Below are positions 37,800-50,352 of a DNA stretch of 64,000 bases, one piece after another. Position numbers and translations under genes: made by a program. The stretch is from Eledone cirrhosa (Eukaryota): contig OZ024742.1 in assembly GCA_964016885.1 (NCBI GenBank), positions 142,476,001 to 142,540,000 on the forward strand, written 5' to 3'. Below the pieces are notes generated by a model that worked only from the letters and a program-made list of their open reading frames with translations, was not told the origin of the DNA and searched no databases. Every line of letters begins with the position of its first letter. The first letter of the stretch is position 1.

Positions 37800-38764
37800 T
37801 ATATATATATTGAAAGTTTAGCAGTAATTGGTTTGCTGATGGGGGAAATAAGTATTTATGGGATAATTGAAAGACAAGGAAAATAACATATTGTTAAATA
37901 TATCATTACAGGTGCAGGCATGTCTGTGTGTGGTTAAGAGATTCATTCCACAACCACAGTGGTTTTGAGTTTGGTCTTATTGCATAGCACCTTGAGCATA
38001 TGTCTTCTACCAGAGCCTCAGTTTTAAATTCTTGAATGTAAATAAAGAGTCAGGACACTTATAAAGTATTCTTAACAAATCTGTCAATTCACCACCTTGG
38101 CAGTGCTAGCAATTGTTTCTAATTTAGACACAAGGCCAGCAATTTGGAGGGGTGAGAAAGATGATCAAATCAATCTCAGTATTTGATTGGTACTTTATTT
38201 TATCAACACCAGAACACTTTTGTAAGATGCCATGAACCACATGCTTGCAAAGGAAATTTCTTAACCACACTTCCCATGTGCACAAAATGAAATGAAATAA
38301 ACATGTAGAGGACACACTAGTCTGCACCAATCTTCTCTTCACCATCCCCAGTCTTAATACCCAGCACTCACCAGCTAAATATCTCACACACCATGTCCAT
38401 GTTGAACCTGCTTCATTGTTTCATTGATCAGGTGAGTCTAGAGGCCATTAATCACTCAAAGTTGCGCCACTCGACCTCAAATAGTGTTTACCTCTGATCA
38501 AATACTCAGAATATTCTGAGACTCACCTAATCAATGAAACAATTGTTAATACTTGAAATAAAGCCCCTTGTACAGCCGACCATGTTATTCTTCAATCTTT
38601 CACTATTATTACTCCAAGTATAACCTGCATAGGAATTCTCGCGAACTCGCTGCCAAAATATGGAAACATCTTGTTGAGTCAAACAAAGCCATACGTTAAA
38701 ACTATCCACAAGACAGAGTACTCACAACCTCTAACTGGATTACCTATAATGATAACTTGTTATC

Positions 38765-38823
<59 letters not shown>

Positions 38824-39097
38824 AACAATTCTTCTGCAATAAAATCTAGCATTTATTGATCAAATTATATTTCACACTCAGTTTCTTTCAACCAAAACAA
38901 ATAATTTTTGCATCTAACTTTCATTGTTTATTCCCATCAACCTGTCCAATCTATTATAGCATCTTAACCAATGCTGCTAAACACAGTTAAATCAGAGTAT
39001 ACAGCAAGAAAGATGTTGTATACATACCTATATATATATACACATGTATATAAACATACATATATAAACATATATATATATATATATATACACACAT

Positions 39098-42000
39098 CAT
39101 CATCATCATCATCAACGTTTAACGTCCGTGTTCCACGCTTGCATGGGTTTGGACGGGGGTAGTCCCACTTGAGGCAAGAGTGATTGTCTTGCTCGCATAG
39201 GACTGTCTGGCAGGTTTTCTACAGTTGGATGCCCTTCCTAACACCAACCACATTTACAGTGTGGGTCTGGGAGGTTTTTACCGTGTTGCCTACACGGCCA
39301 CATTACAGCGTGGACTGTGTGTTTTTTTGTCGTGACACCTACACGATCTCGTTTGTTTCGGCCTGGATGGCGCGGCACCAACATAACTTTACATGGAACG
39401 GGGTGGTGTGGATGGGGTGGGGGTGGTGGCGGGACGGGGTGTAGTTTGTTAGAGATGCCTACTGGCAAGGCGGGTCTTCTCTGTTACTGAGTACCGCCAA
39501 AGGTCACGGTCCAGTGACATTGTCTTGGAGAGGTGTAAGTGTATGAGGTTGGAGTTTATCAGCTCATCCCATGTTTTTCTAGGTCTGCCTATTCCGTGGC
39601 TACCGTCTATCTTTATTGCCCTGCACTTTGTAATACAGCTATCGACTTTCATGCGCATCACGTGTCCATACCAACGCAGCCTTCTCTCGAGTAAACAACA
39701 TCTGATCCCTCTTATCTCTAATTTTTTCCTTAGTTCGTTTATGCTTTGCCGTTCACGTATATTACTGTTACACATCCAGCGGAGCATGCAAGCTTCGTTC
39801 CTCTCTAGTCTGCGTATATCCTCTGCACACAATGCCCAGGTCTCACTACCATGCAACATTGCTGTTCGTATGCAGGCATCGTACAACCTGCCTTTCATTT
39901 TTAGGGAGAACCCTTTAGCAGCTAATAGTGGTATAAGCTCTCTGAACTTTTTCCAACCAGTTCTGACTCTAGCTACAGTACTTTCAGAGCACCCTCCCCC
40001 ACTGCTGATTTTATCGCCCAGGTAACGGAAGCTGTCCACTATTTCTATAGAACCCTCTGCGCAATTGAAAGAGCTAGTATTTTGTGGGCACTTGCTGCTA
40101 CTTATTGCACCAGAACATCGGCCACATGTAAAGTCTATGATCTTAGTTAGCTTACCTGTGATCCCACTACATCTTTTATGCACCCATACTTTGCATTTAG
40201 GACATAAGATGGAGTTTCTACCTACGCCTTTCCTACATACCGAGCACGACCATTTCCCAGAAGGGACCGCCGCCTTGTTTTCTTTCCTACAAACTAGAAC
40301 TTTGGTCTTAGCCAGGTTAATTTTAAGTCCTTTTGACTCTAGGCCGTGCTTCCATGTTTGGAATTTCTTCTCTAGCTCGGCCATTGATTCCGCTATGAGT
40401 GTCAGGTCGTCTGCGTATAGGAGTTCCCATGGGCAGCCTGTCTTGAACTCCTCTGTTATAGCCTGAAGGGCAATAATAAATAGTAGGGGGCTGAGAACAG
40501 AGCCCTGATGGACGCCAACTTTTACGCTAAACTCTTCACTATATTCGTTGTTAATTCTAACCTTGCTGACTGTTTCTTTATACATGGCTTGTATAGCCCT
40601 CACAAGCCATTCGTCAACGCCTAGTTTTCTAAGAGCCCACCAGATAATGGAGCGGGGGACTCTGTCGAAGGCTTTCTCCAGGTCGACAAAAGCTAAGTAG
40701 AGGGGTTTACCTTTAGCTAGGTACTTCTCCTGTAGTTGTCGTACTATGAAAAGAGCGTCTGTGGTGCTTTTGCCTGACACAAACCCGAACTGCATTTCAT
40801 CTAGATCAATTCTCTCTCTGATTAGTTGCGCTATTACTTTTTCCGTGACCTTCATGACCTGGTCGATTAATTTAATGCCTCTATAGTTACTCCTATCTAG
40901 GGCGTCTCCTTTACCCTTATAACAGTTAACGATGATGCTGCTATGCCAGTCCTTCGGAACAACCCCATTCTGTACGACTTGGTTAACTATGCGGGTGACC
41001 ATGGTGTGTCCCACCGTGCCAGATGCCTTCAGCATCTCAGCAACTATTTCCGAAGGCCCAGCCGCCTTACCAGTCTTCATATCCTTGATTGCCTTACTTA
41101 TTATACTCCCCTCGACTAACACTGCTGGTCCCTCTATCGGGTCGATATGGGGGAGACTGTCTTTCTCCCATTTATTCTCCTCATTTAGTAGCCTTTCATA
41201 GTGACACTTCCAAGCTACCTTCTTATCAGTGTCGGTGATGGCAAGTATGCCATCATCGTTAAGTACACACTTCTCCCCGACAATATCACGGTTTTCCTTG
41301 ACGCATTGCCTGGCAATCCTGAACACCTCACGTTTTTGGTCATCGCGTTGTAGAACATGCTTGAACTTTCTTTCCTCCGCTTCCCTTCTTGCTAAGTACA
41401 CTTCTCTCCTAGCTTCCCTCCTGGCCACTTGATAGTCTACTCTACTTCCCCCATCCCGCCATACTTTCCAAGCCTGCTTTTTGGCCTTAATTGACCCCTC
41501 CACCCTATTGTTCCACCACCATGTTACTCTCCTCCTGCCTACAGGCCTGCTCCAACCACAGACCTCGTCTGTCGCCAACAGCAGGTTTGCTTTCAGAAAT
41601 TTCCACTGTCCCTCTATATTGTCCGATTCTAGATGCTCTTCCTTACTGTCGAAAGCATCAAGTAATATGCTTTGAAATTTATTTCTGGCTGTGGGGTCCT
41701 TTAGTTTCCATATTTTCCTCCTGAGGATAGTCCTCTTCTGCTGTCGGGTACGTCTCGTCCTGACTATGAGGTCGCTAATTATCAGTCTATGTTGGGAGGT
41801 GCATTCTTCATGGGGGAGGGATTTAGTGTTTACAACAGACACTCTGTCACGTCTTCTGGTAAGGATATAATCTACCTGGCTTGTGTGTTCCCCGGATCTA
41901 TAGGTAATCAGGTGATTGTCACGTTTTTTGAAGTTAGTGTTACAGATAGTTAGGTTATTTGCATCACAGTATTCCAGGATTCTGGAGCCTTCCTCATTTC

Positions 42001-42770
42001 TAGTACCAAACCCATAGCCTCCATGGATTTCGTCGTAGCCGTCACAATGTTGTCCAACGTGACCATTTAGGTCGCCTGCAATAATTATATAGTCACTGTC
42101 AGATATTTGGGAGGTAGTTAGCAACAGTGTCTCATAGAATCTGTCTTTTATAGTGCCGGGCAGTCCGGATTGGGGTGCGTACGCAGATATTACTGTCACC
42201 GTAGTTCTATTGAGGACAAGTCTTATTTTAATTATTCTGTCGTTCACTCTATTTACGTCTATTATCTTATCTGCCCACTTTTCTGCTACCATGATTCCTA
42301 CTCCACCCAGCCCATCGTCGTTTCCCACCCAGAAAAGCTTATAACATCGTTTTTTACCCTCAATGAATCTAGCAGACCCACCCCTCCACCTGGTCTCTTG
42401 AATACAACAAACATCGACCTCCTTACGTTCAAGCATTTGTACAACCTCGTTAGCGCGACCCTTTAGGGTGCCTACATTTATGGTACCAACTCTGAAGGTT
42501 TGGGTTGCGTTTGGAGGGTGGGGGTGGTGGGGGGGCGGGAGGAGATAGGGTTATGTTAGCCATCCGCGGACGAAACAAAGAGGAGTGCTCGCATTCTCGT
42601 CCACGAGGTGAATTTGACTTTAACTTTGGCATTTTCGCTCTGGGCGTCCAGATTTTTCTCTCCCTTCCACTCTCCAGGATTCCGCAGTCCGTCCGTCCAT
42701 CCATCCATCCATCATATATCGAAGGCAACCGGGCAAGCGATAGTATAGGCCTCTGGCTTATTACATTTAA
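39098..42770 (-). mobile_element. Full-length young RTE LINE (about 3.67 kb) with TSD
   Basis: ATATATATATATACACACAT at 39078-39097 and 42771-42790 (length ambiguous within TA); 5' UTR, single ORF, 3' UTR, (GAT)n tail. Confidence 0.93.
39449..42436 (-). CDS. RTE LINE endonuclease/reverse transcriptase with PHD-like finger (995-aa open frame)
   Basis: Uninterrupted ORF: [37 protein letters not shown]4HC3 finger. The frame stays open upstream through VGTINVGT. Confidence 0.93.
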   Translation of the reverse strand: MLERKEVDVCCIQETRWRGGSARFIEGKKRCYKLFWVGNDDGLGGVGIMVAEKWADKIIDVNRVNDRIIKIRLVLNRTTVTVISAYAPQSGLPGTIKDRFYETLLLTTSQISDSDYIIIAGDLNGHVGQHCDGYDEIHGGYGFGTRNEEGSRILEYCDANNLTICNTNFKKRDNHLITYRSGEHTSQVDYILTRRRDRVSVVNTKSLPHEECTSQHRLIISDLIVRTRRTRQQKRTILRRKIWKLKDPTARNKFQSILLDAFDSKEEHLESDNIEGQWKFLKANLLLATDEVCGWSRPVGRRRVTWWWNNRVEGSIKAKKQAWKVWRDGGSRVDYQVARREARREVYLARREAEERKFKHVLQRDDQKREVFRIARQCVKENRDIVGEKCVLNDDGILAITDTDKKVAWKCHYERLLNEENKWEKDSLPHIDPIEGPAVLVEGSIISKAIKDMKTGKAAGPSEIVAEMLKASGTVGHTMVTRIVNQVVQNGVVPKDWHSSIIVNCYKGKGDALDRSNYRGIKLIDQVMKVTEKVIAQLIRERIDLDEMQFGFVSGKSTTDALFIVRQLQEKYLAKGKPLYLAFVDLEKAFDRVPRSIIWWALRKLGVDEWLVRAIQAMYKETVSKVRINNEYSEEFSVKVGVHQGSVLSPLLFIIALQAITEEFKTGCPWELLYADDLTLIAESMAELEKKFQTWKHGLESKGLKINLAKTKVLVCRKENKAAVPSGKWSCSVCRKGVGRNSILCPKCKVWVHKRCSGITGKLTKIIDFTCGRCSGAISSSKCPQNTSSFNCAEGSIEIVDSFRYLGDKISSGGGCSESTVARVRTGWKKFRELIPLLAAKGFSLKMKGRLYDACIRTAMLHGSETWALCAEDIRRLERNEACMLRWMCNSNIRERQSINELRKKLEIRGIRCCLLERRLRWYGHVMRMKVDSCITKCRAIKIDGSHGIGRPRKTWDELINSNLIHLHLSKTMSLDRDLWRYSVTEKTRLASRHL

Positions 42771-44474
42771 ATATATATATATACACACATATACCAAGTA
42801 CATGCTGTAAAGTGTTGGTGATAGGTAGGGTATCCAGCAGTAGAAAATACACCCCATAAATTGTTAGTGTTGGTACAACGATAAAATACACCCAGTCTAC
42901 TCTGTAAATTGATATCATCATGAAAAACACTCATGCTGGTTTCACTAATAAGGCACCCAGCACAAGCTATAAGAAGCTATGCCAAATATGGAACATTATG
43001 AGCAAGATTGGTCACTCTAACCCATCCAACCCATGACAGCACATAAAAATTATGATGATGATGAATCTCTCAACCTAGAATCATCATCTTACGTCCCTTT
43101 ACGATCTGATTTCAAATCCCGCCGAGGTTGACTTTGCCTTTCATCCTTACGGGGTCGATAAAATAAAGTACCAGTAATGCACTGGGTAATTGCTGGCCTT
43201 GTGCCTAAAGTAGAAACAATTATTATTGTAACTGCTTTTCCTTGCTGATATAAGTTGAATGGAGACTTTTTGAGACAATGTTTTATGTCTGGGTACTCTC
43301 TCTTCCTAGCACTGATCCTTTTTGTCTCCGCTTACAACAGTGTATATATTCTAAATTCTAAATTGGATACACACATTAAATAGAATCATATAATCTTAGA
43401 AGGTTTCTTACAACATTCAAGGATAGTGTTTTCTTAACAGGATACAAACAGCAGATAGAATCATATAATCTTAGAAAATATGGAAAACCATATGATCAGT
43501 AGTTACTACAGTGACATTTGACTGATAGTCAAACATAACTGCCTACCCTCTTGTGTTGTGTAATGAAGTCACACTGGGTTAATAACATCCATCTAAATTT
43601 GACACTTGCTGTACAACTCAAAGAAATTAGATTTTTTTTAAAAATAGCTTTGTTAGTTTTAGACCTTTACAGTAGCTCAAATTATTTTGTGGAGAGGAAA
43701 TTGTGCTGTTTCAATGGGAATATTAAAAGTTTGCCACCTGCAACTACTGTCATTGTCATGAGCCTCATCATCATTTTACATGTTTTATATAATAGCATGA
43801 GTTGGATAGATCATTACTGTCTGAGACTGGGTCTTGCCCATACTTGCCAAATTTTAGCAGGTTTCCTACAGCTGGATACTCTTCCTAATGCCAACAACTT
43901 TACAGAGTATATTGGACACATTTTATTGTGGTTCCAGCATTTCCATTTACAAAGTGTACTGGGTGTATTTTATCATAGTACCAGCAATAGAGAGATACCA
44001 TGTACTCAGCAAGACTGAAGAGACATCTTTAACCTATATTCTCTCCATTTGATTGCCATTCCACTGTGATAGTTACACTAATAAGGCTGTCCTATCCACT
44101 GCAAGATAGAAGGTATCTTTACACTTTGTGTGGTCTCCAGAGTCTTGCCACATTTACTTTTAGTGTTGCAATACTTGTACTTGTGATGGACAGGTCTTTT
44201 CTTAATATAAACTATCAAACTGAGAAGTACCTAAAATTAGGGTCAATTTCACAAGCAAAAACTCTAAGAGAATTTTTTGCAAGGAAGAATGATACTCTCT
44301 TTAGGCCCATGGGAGTAATTTAATGTGAAATTTTGAAATTGTAGTTTTCCCTTCTTTGTTATGGCGACAAATTGGCAGGGATGTTAGAGCATCAGATAGA
44401 ATATCTTCTGGCTCTCTACACAGAGTTAAAATCACACAACCGTCAACTTTGTCTTTCATCCTTAAAAAAGAATC

Positions 44475-44955
44475 TTTAAGTGTTTATTTCCCAGTTGGAG
44501 CGGTGTTTCAGCCGTACCCACAGACAAAATAGCAAAAGTGTGTTACCGTAGAGAATGGCCAGAGACACCCACTGCAACAGCCACCCCCATCCCACGGGGC
44601 TCTATCCTCAAGTAGGCTGCTGTCTTTCCTACTTTCTGGAGAAAATCAGCAGTGCGGGGGCCAAGGACTCCTGAGATCTCAACTGAAACCAGTGCAAAGA
44701 GTAAGCAGTCGGCCAGGCTCCTGTGTTTAACTATCTTCCTCTTCTCCGTATTGCAGGCAATGGATCTCGGGTTTGTGGCCGAAGCGACAAGATTAGAGGT
44801 GGAGAAAGAGTCACTGCACGTCGCATCCTAAATTAAAAATTTGTCTCCCTTGAAAGAGGACAAGGGTTAATCCATCGAGGCGTTCGCCATTGCCATGGTC
44901 GATGCCAGTGGGCTCCAACTGTGATGGAAAACCAGCTGTGTTTAGGTGCCTTCTA
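44475..44955 (-). mobile_element. 3' fragment of a CRE-like (restriction-like endonuclease) non-LTR retrotransposon
   Basis: Manual translation LEPTGIDHGNGERLDGLTLV...*DATCSDSF...EISGVLGP, matching the recalled KRPDG...WDATC..ET.G..GP endonuclease signature; AATAAA at the 3' end. Confidence 0.75.
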
Positions 44956-45596
44956 AACCAGCTTAATATTGAGAAAATTATTTATATTACTTAATCTCTC
45001 AAAATTCTGACTATTTTCAAATTATAATTTTAAAATAATTATAAGCAATGTTTTTCATTAGAAATATGGTAACTAAAGGGTTAATGATTTATAGAAGACC
45101 GGAATCTAGTACCTTTTACCACTTCAATAATAATGATTTCTGAAGCAGTTATGAAATCGCAGGCAAATAATGTTGAATTGTCTGTTGCCCAAGAATGTTA
45201 TAGGACGACAGCAATCAGATACAAATTATAAGATAAAAATCCCATAACATAACTTACACTACAATTACATCTCTGAAAATATTAACGATTTATTGAAGAG
45301 ATGTATGTAAAACTTAACAATAGAGACAACCCTAATATTAGAGAAGTGTATGTATGAAAAATGTAAAATTGCAGAGGTGTATGAAAATGGACAACTGTGA
45401 TTAGAGAAGTGAAATGATGCCAACCAAAGATGATAATCAATTTGAAGATTTAAAATAGACAATAAAATCAAGAAACAAAATACTAACAGAGTGGATAGAG
45501 GAAGAAGACAAAAAAAAATGAAGAGAAAAGAAGAGGAAAATGAAATGAGAGAAAATATATATTGAACAACTTGCAAAAAAATCTCTCTCTCTCCCT

Positions 45597-45631
<35 letters not shown>

Positions 45632-45827
45632 ATATATACACATGCATACATATCATGATCATCGTTTAACGTCCATTTTCCACGGTGTCTTGTTCATATA
45701 GAACTATTTCTGGTTAATATATATATATATATATAACAAAGGAAATGTGGTAAGGAACCAGATGGACCATAACGGACCAAAATACTCAATACTTAGGGTA
45801 GTAGAGTGGGTAATAGGAACGAGTAGG

Positions 45828-45922
45828 ACCCCGACGGCTGAGCTCAAGCCGTTTCGACGGCTAATTCTGGACTAAATGAAAATTTTAATCCTGGTACATG
45901 AATAGCCGAGCTTCTCAGGGGT
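45828..45922 (-). ncRNA. Hammerhead-like fold with altered core, probably a Penelope-like remnant
   Basis: ACCC-CTGAGAA-GCT-CGGCTA...TAGCCG-TC-GAAA-CGGCT..AGCCG-TC-GGGGT; GUC triplet present, core one nucleotide off CUGANGA. Confidence 0.55.
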
Positions 45923-46809
45923 AAATATATAGAAGAATAATAAGAATGTTAAAAATATAAAAAAACAATTTCTGGTTACTATTCCCTTACCACAATCATC
46001 AAGTCTCTCACTGGTACTGCTAAACTATAGAAAAGTTTACTAGGTGGGACGGAATTGTAGTGAAAGAATTTTATGAGTTAGTAGTAATCATCCAAATCTA
46101 TCTTACAGTGACAGGTCAACAAGTAGGGGGCCAATATACTAAAGAAACTACTACGAAATAATAATTCAGAGTCCCGAAACTAATACAAAATAATAATTCA
46201 GAATCCTGAAAATAAATACTAATACTATATATAAGGGTGCCGCTACGATACAAAAATTCTAATACAAACTACATAAATGCTCGTACGATATATATGAAAA
46301 ATTTGATACGGAAAATTAATTCAGAATCCCCCACCCCCAAAAAATATATATAAATACTGATATACGAGAAACTAAAGCAGCGATACCACTAAGAAATGTA
46401 GAAAGCAGGGAAATGGGGCAGCCATCGGATAAGAAAGCAAGTATCTGGGGTCTATCGCATCTGGTATAAAAAGCGGAGTCGGCCAATACTATCATAGAAT
46501 AGGGGGTGGGGGTACTGAGGCTACAAAGGACCGAAGGGCTGCCTCGGGGTGGGCGAGAAAGTGAAAAGGACGACGACAAAGAAGGAGAACTGGGGTGGAA
46601 GGACTAGGAAGGGAGAGGGGGAAGAAGGAAATATAGAGGAAACGATAAAAAGATATAAAAGAAAATCTTACGTCTACCTTTGCAATACACATACATACCT
46701 TACATACTAATATGTAAGCATGTAAATATGAATTTCCTTGTAAATTGAAAAAAATGATAAACATCTTTAATTGATTTTTAGATCTAATTGGACCCGCATA
46801 AGAAGACAT

Positions 46810-48936
46810 GTCATCATCATCATCATCATCATCGTTTAACGTCCCTGTTCCACGCTTGCATGGGTTTGGACGGGGGTTTTCCCACTTGAGGCAAGAGTGG
46901 TTGTCTTGCTCGCATAGGACTGTCTGGCGGGTTTTCTACAGCTGGATGCCCTTCCTAACACCAACCACATTTACAGTGGGGCTGGAAGGTTTTTACCGTG
47001 TTGCCTACACAGCCACATTACAGCGTAGACTGTCTGGCGTGTTTTCTACAGCTGGATGCCCTTCCTAACACCAACCACATTTACAGTGTGGGACTGGGAG
47101 GTTTTTACCGTGTTGCCTACACGGCCACATTACAGCGTGGACTGTGTGTTTTTTGTCGTGACACCTACACGATCTCATTTGTTTTGGCCTGGATGTTGTG
47201 GCACCAACATAACTTTGCATTGAAGGGGGCGGTGTGGATGGGGTGGGACGGGGGTGTATTTTGTTAGAGATGCCTACTGACTAGTAGGTTTTACTTTGTA
47301 TTTAGGTAAGGCGGGTCTTCTCTGTTACTGAGTACCGCCAAAGGTCTCGGTCCAGTGACATTGTCTTGGAGAGGTGTAAGTGTGTGAGGTCGGAATTTAT
47401 CAGCTCGTCCCAGGTTTTCCTGGGTCTGCCTACTCCGTGGCTACCATCTATCTTTATTGCCCTGCACTTTGTTATACAACTGTCGTCTTTCATGCGCATC
47501 ACGTGACCATACCAACGTAGCCTTCTCTCGAGTAAACAACATCTGATCCCTCTTATTTCTAATTTTTTCCTTAGTTCGTTTATGCTTTGCCGTTCACGTA
47601 TATTACTATTACACATCCAGCGGAGCATGCAAGCTTCGTTCCTCTCTAGTCTGCGTATATCCTCTGCACACAATGCCCAGGTCTCACTGCCATGCAACAT
47701 TGCTGTTCGTATGCAGGCATCATACAACCTGCCTTTCATTTTTAGGGAGAACCCTTTAACGGCTAATAGTGGTATAAGCTCTCTGAACTTTTTCCATCCA
47801 GTTCTGACTCTAGCTACTGTACTTTCAGAGCACCCTCCCCCACTGCTGATTTTGTCACCCAGGTAACGGAAGCTGTCCACTATTTCTATAGAACCCTTTG
47901 CGCAATTGAAAGAGTTAGTATTTTGTGGGCACTTGCTGCTACTTATTGCACCAGAGCACCGGCCACATGTAAAATCTGTGTTCTTAGTTAGCTTACCTGT
48001 GATCCCACTACATCTTTTATGCACCCATACTTTGCATTTGGGACATAAAATGGAGTTTCTACCTACGCCTTTCCTACACACTGAGCATGGCCATTTCCCG
48101 GAGGGGACCGGCACCTTATTTTCTTTCCTACAAACTAGAACTTTAGTCTTAGCCAGGTTAATTTTAAGGCCTTTTGATTCTAGGCGATGCTTCCATGTTT
48201 GGAATTTCTTCTCTAGCTCGGCCATTGATTCAGCTATGAGCGTTAGATCATCTGCGAATAGGAGTTCCCATGGGCAGCCGGTCTTGAAATCCTCTGTTAT
48301 AGCCTGAAGGGCAATAATAAATAGTAGGGGGCTAAGAACAGAGCCCTGATGGACACCAACTTTTACGCTAAACTCTTCACTATATTCGTTGTTAATTCTA
48401 ACCTTGCTGACTGTTTCTTTATACATGGCTTGTATGGCTCTCACAAGCCATTCGTCAACACCTAGTTTTCTAAGAGCCCACCAGATAATGGAACGGGGGA
48501 CTCTGTCGAAGGCTTTCTCCAAGTCGACAAAAGCTAAGTATAGGGGTTTACTTTTAGCTAGGTACTTCTCCTGTAGTTGTCGTACAATGAAAAGAGCGTC
48601 TGTGGTACTTTTGCCTGACACAAACCCGAACTGCATTTCATCTCGATCAATTCTCTCTCTGATTAGTTGCGCTATTACTTTTTCCGTGACCTTCATGACC
48701 TGGTCGATTAATTTAATGCCTCTATAGTTACTCCTATCTAGGGCGTCTCCTTTACCCTTGTAACAGTTAACGATGATGCTGCTACGCCAGTCCTTCGGAA
48801 CAACCCCATTCTGTATGACTTGGTTTACTATCCGGGTGACTATGGTGTGTCCCACCGTACCGGAGGCTTTCAGCATCTCAGCAACTATTTCCGAAGGCCC
48901 AGCTGCCTTACCCGTCTTCATATCTTTGATTGCCTT
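46810..48936 (-). mobile_element. 5'-truncated RTE LINE with open RT-PHD frame (47302-48921)
   Basis: 539-aa ORF nearly identical to the C-terminal half of 39449-42436. Confidence 0.93.
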
Positions 48937-50320
48937 ATATCATCCAATCAACCACAAAGAAACATTTGATGGGTATATATACCCGATCGCTCTTAGTATT
49001 ATTCTGAAATGGACACACTAATTTGCATATAATTAGTGCTTGTGTTAGTCATTAAGATATATACAGATATAACTTTATCATACACTCCGGCTGCTAGCAC
49101 ACTTATATATTTGCATGCAAGTATAGAGAGAGAGAAATTTCTAAATTGACAAGAATAAAAATTTGAGCTGAGGTTTCAGCTGTCAAATGATAAAATTTTA
49201 AGCACACTATCTCAAATATCCACATTCTTTCATAATTATTGGCAAGACTACATCTTTGTAAGATGCTATATTATTAATGGTTCATGAAATATTAAATATA
49301 ACTATTAAATCAAAAACAAAAAAAAAACACTGCAATGGCAAACAGGAATATAAAGTGCAAAAGCTAAATCATCACTGTCCTTGTCATCATTTTTACATGT
49401 TTGGACGAGATTTAGTACAGCCAGATGCCTTTCCTGATGCCAACCCATACCTTATTCTAAGTATGGTATATACTGCTGGCATTTGTTAAAGCCCTGCATT
49501 AATAGGTGTATTGTTTAAGTAGGATTTAACTATCATTGCTTTGTAAACAGTGGCAATTTGATATGATGTTCGCAGCAACTGGTATACATGCACACACAAA
49601 CACTGATAGTTTAAGACTGGAATCGGTACAAATTTGTTCAAGGAACCTGTAGCATACAGTGACAAAGAAATCTCCAGTATAACAAGCTACTGGATCAGCC
49701 TTAATATATCCTTAATCTCTATTATGATATTGAGTACTCCTTCTCATCAATACTAATGTACACATACTCACTCACAAGGCATTTGTCAGCCTAGTGCTAT
49801 AAGTGGAAAACATGCCCAAGGTGCCACACAGTAGGACTGAACACAAAATCATATGGTTCCAAATCAAACTTCTTAAGCACAACACTATGCCTACATCTCC
49901 ACCTAGGCATGCCTGCATCTGTAATGGATGAAATTGATTTTTCTTTATTCTTTTCACTCAATTCAATATCAAATTACTTGCTTCGGTAAACAAATTATTC
50001 TTTACATTTTTTTCTATTTTTATTTTATTTTTTATTCTCTGGTTCTTTTGAATTCTAAAGATCTTACTTTTCTATAAGTAGAAGGAAGCCAGACTAAATC
50101 ACCAAGTCAACTGAAGCAAAAGACATCAAGCAGTAGCAGCAGGATCAATCAATAAACATTTATATAAAACCAATAATAAACAACAAAATGTTTTATTATG
50201 ACCTTGGCATTCTCTTGTTATTGTTCATTTTATTTTATTTTATAAAAGAAGTATGATCTTTTCCCCCTACCATCTCCACCAAAATCAACATTTCCAGAAT
50301 AAATATTGATCACAATAATA

Positions 50321-50352
<32 letters not shown>

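Noticed and set aside
44475-44955. Possible structured ncRNA with 10-bp terminal complementarity (CAGTTGGAGC/GCTCCAACTG)
   Set aside because: Better explained as a decayed CRE-like coding fragment; no telomerase template or other RNA motif.
48970-49046. Short palindromes, one containing the octamer ATTTGCAT
   Set aside because: Single motif in AT-rich repeat-derived DNA; expected by chance.
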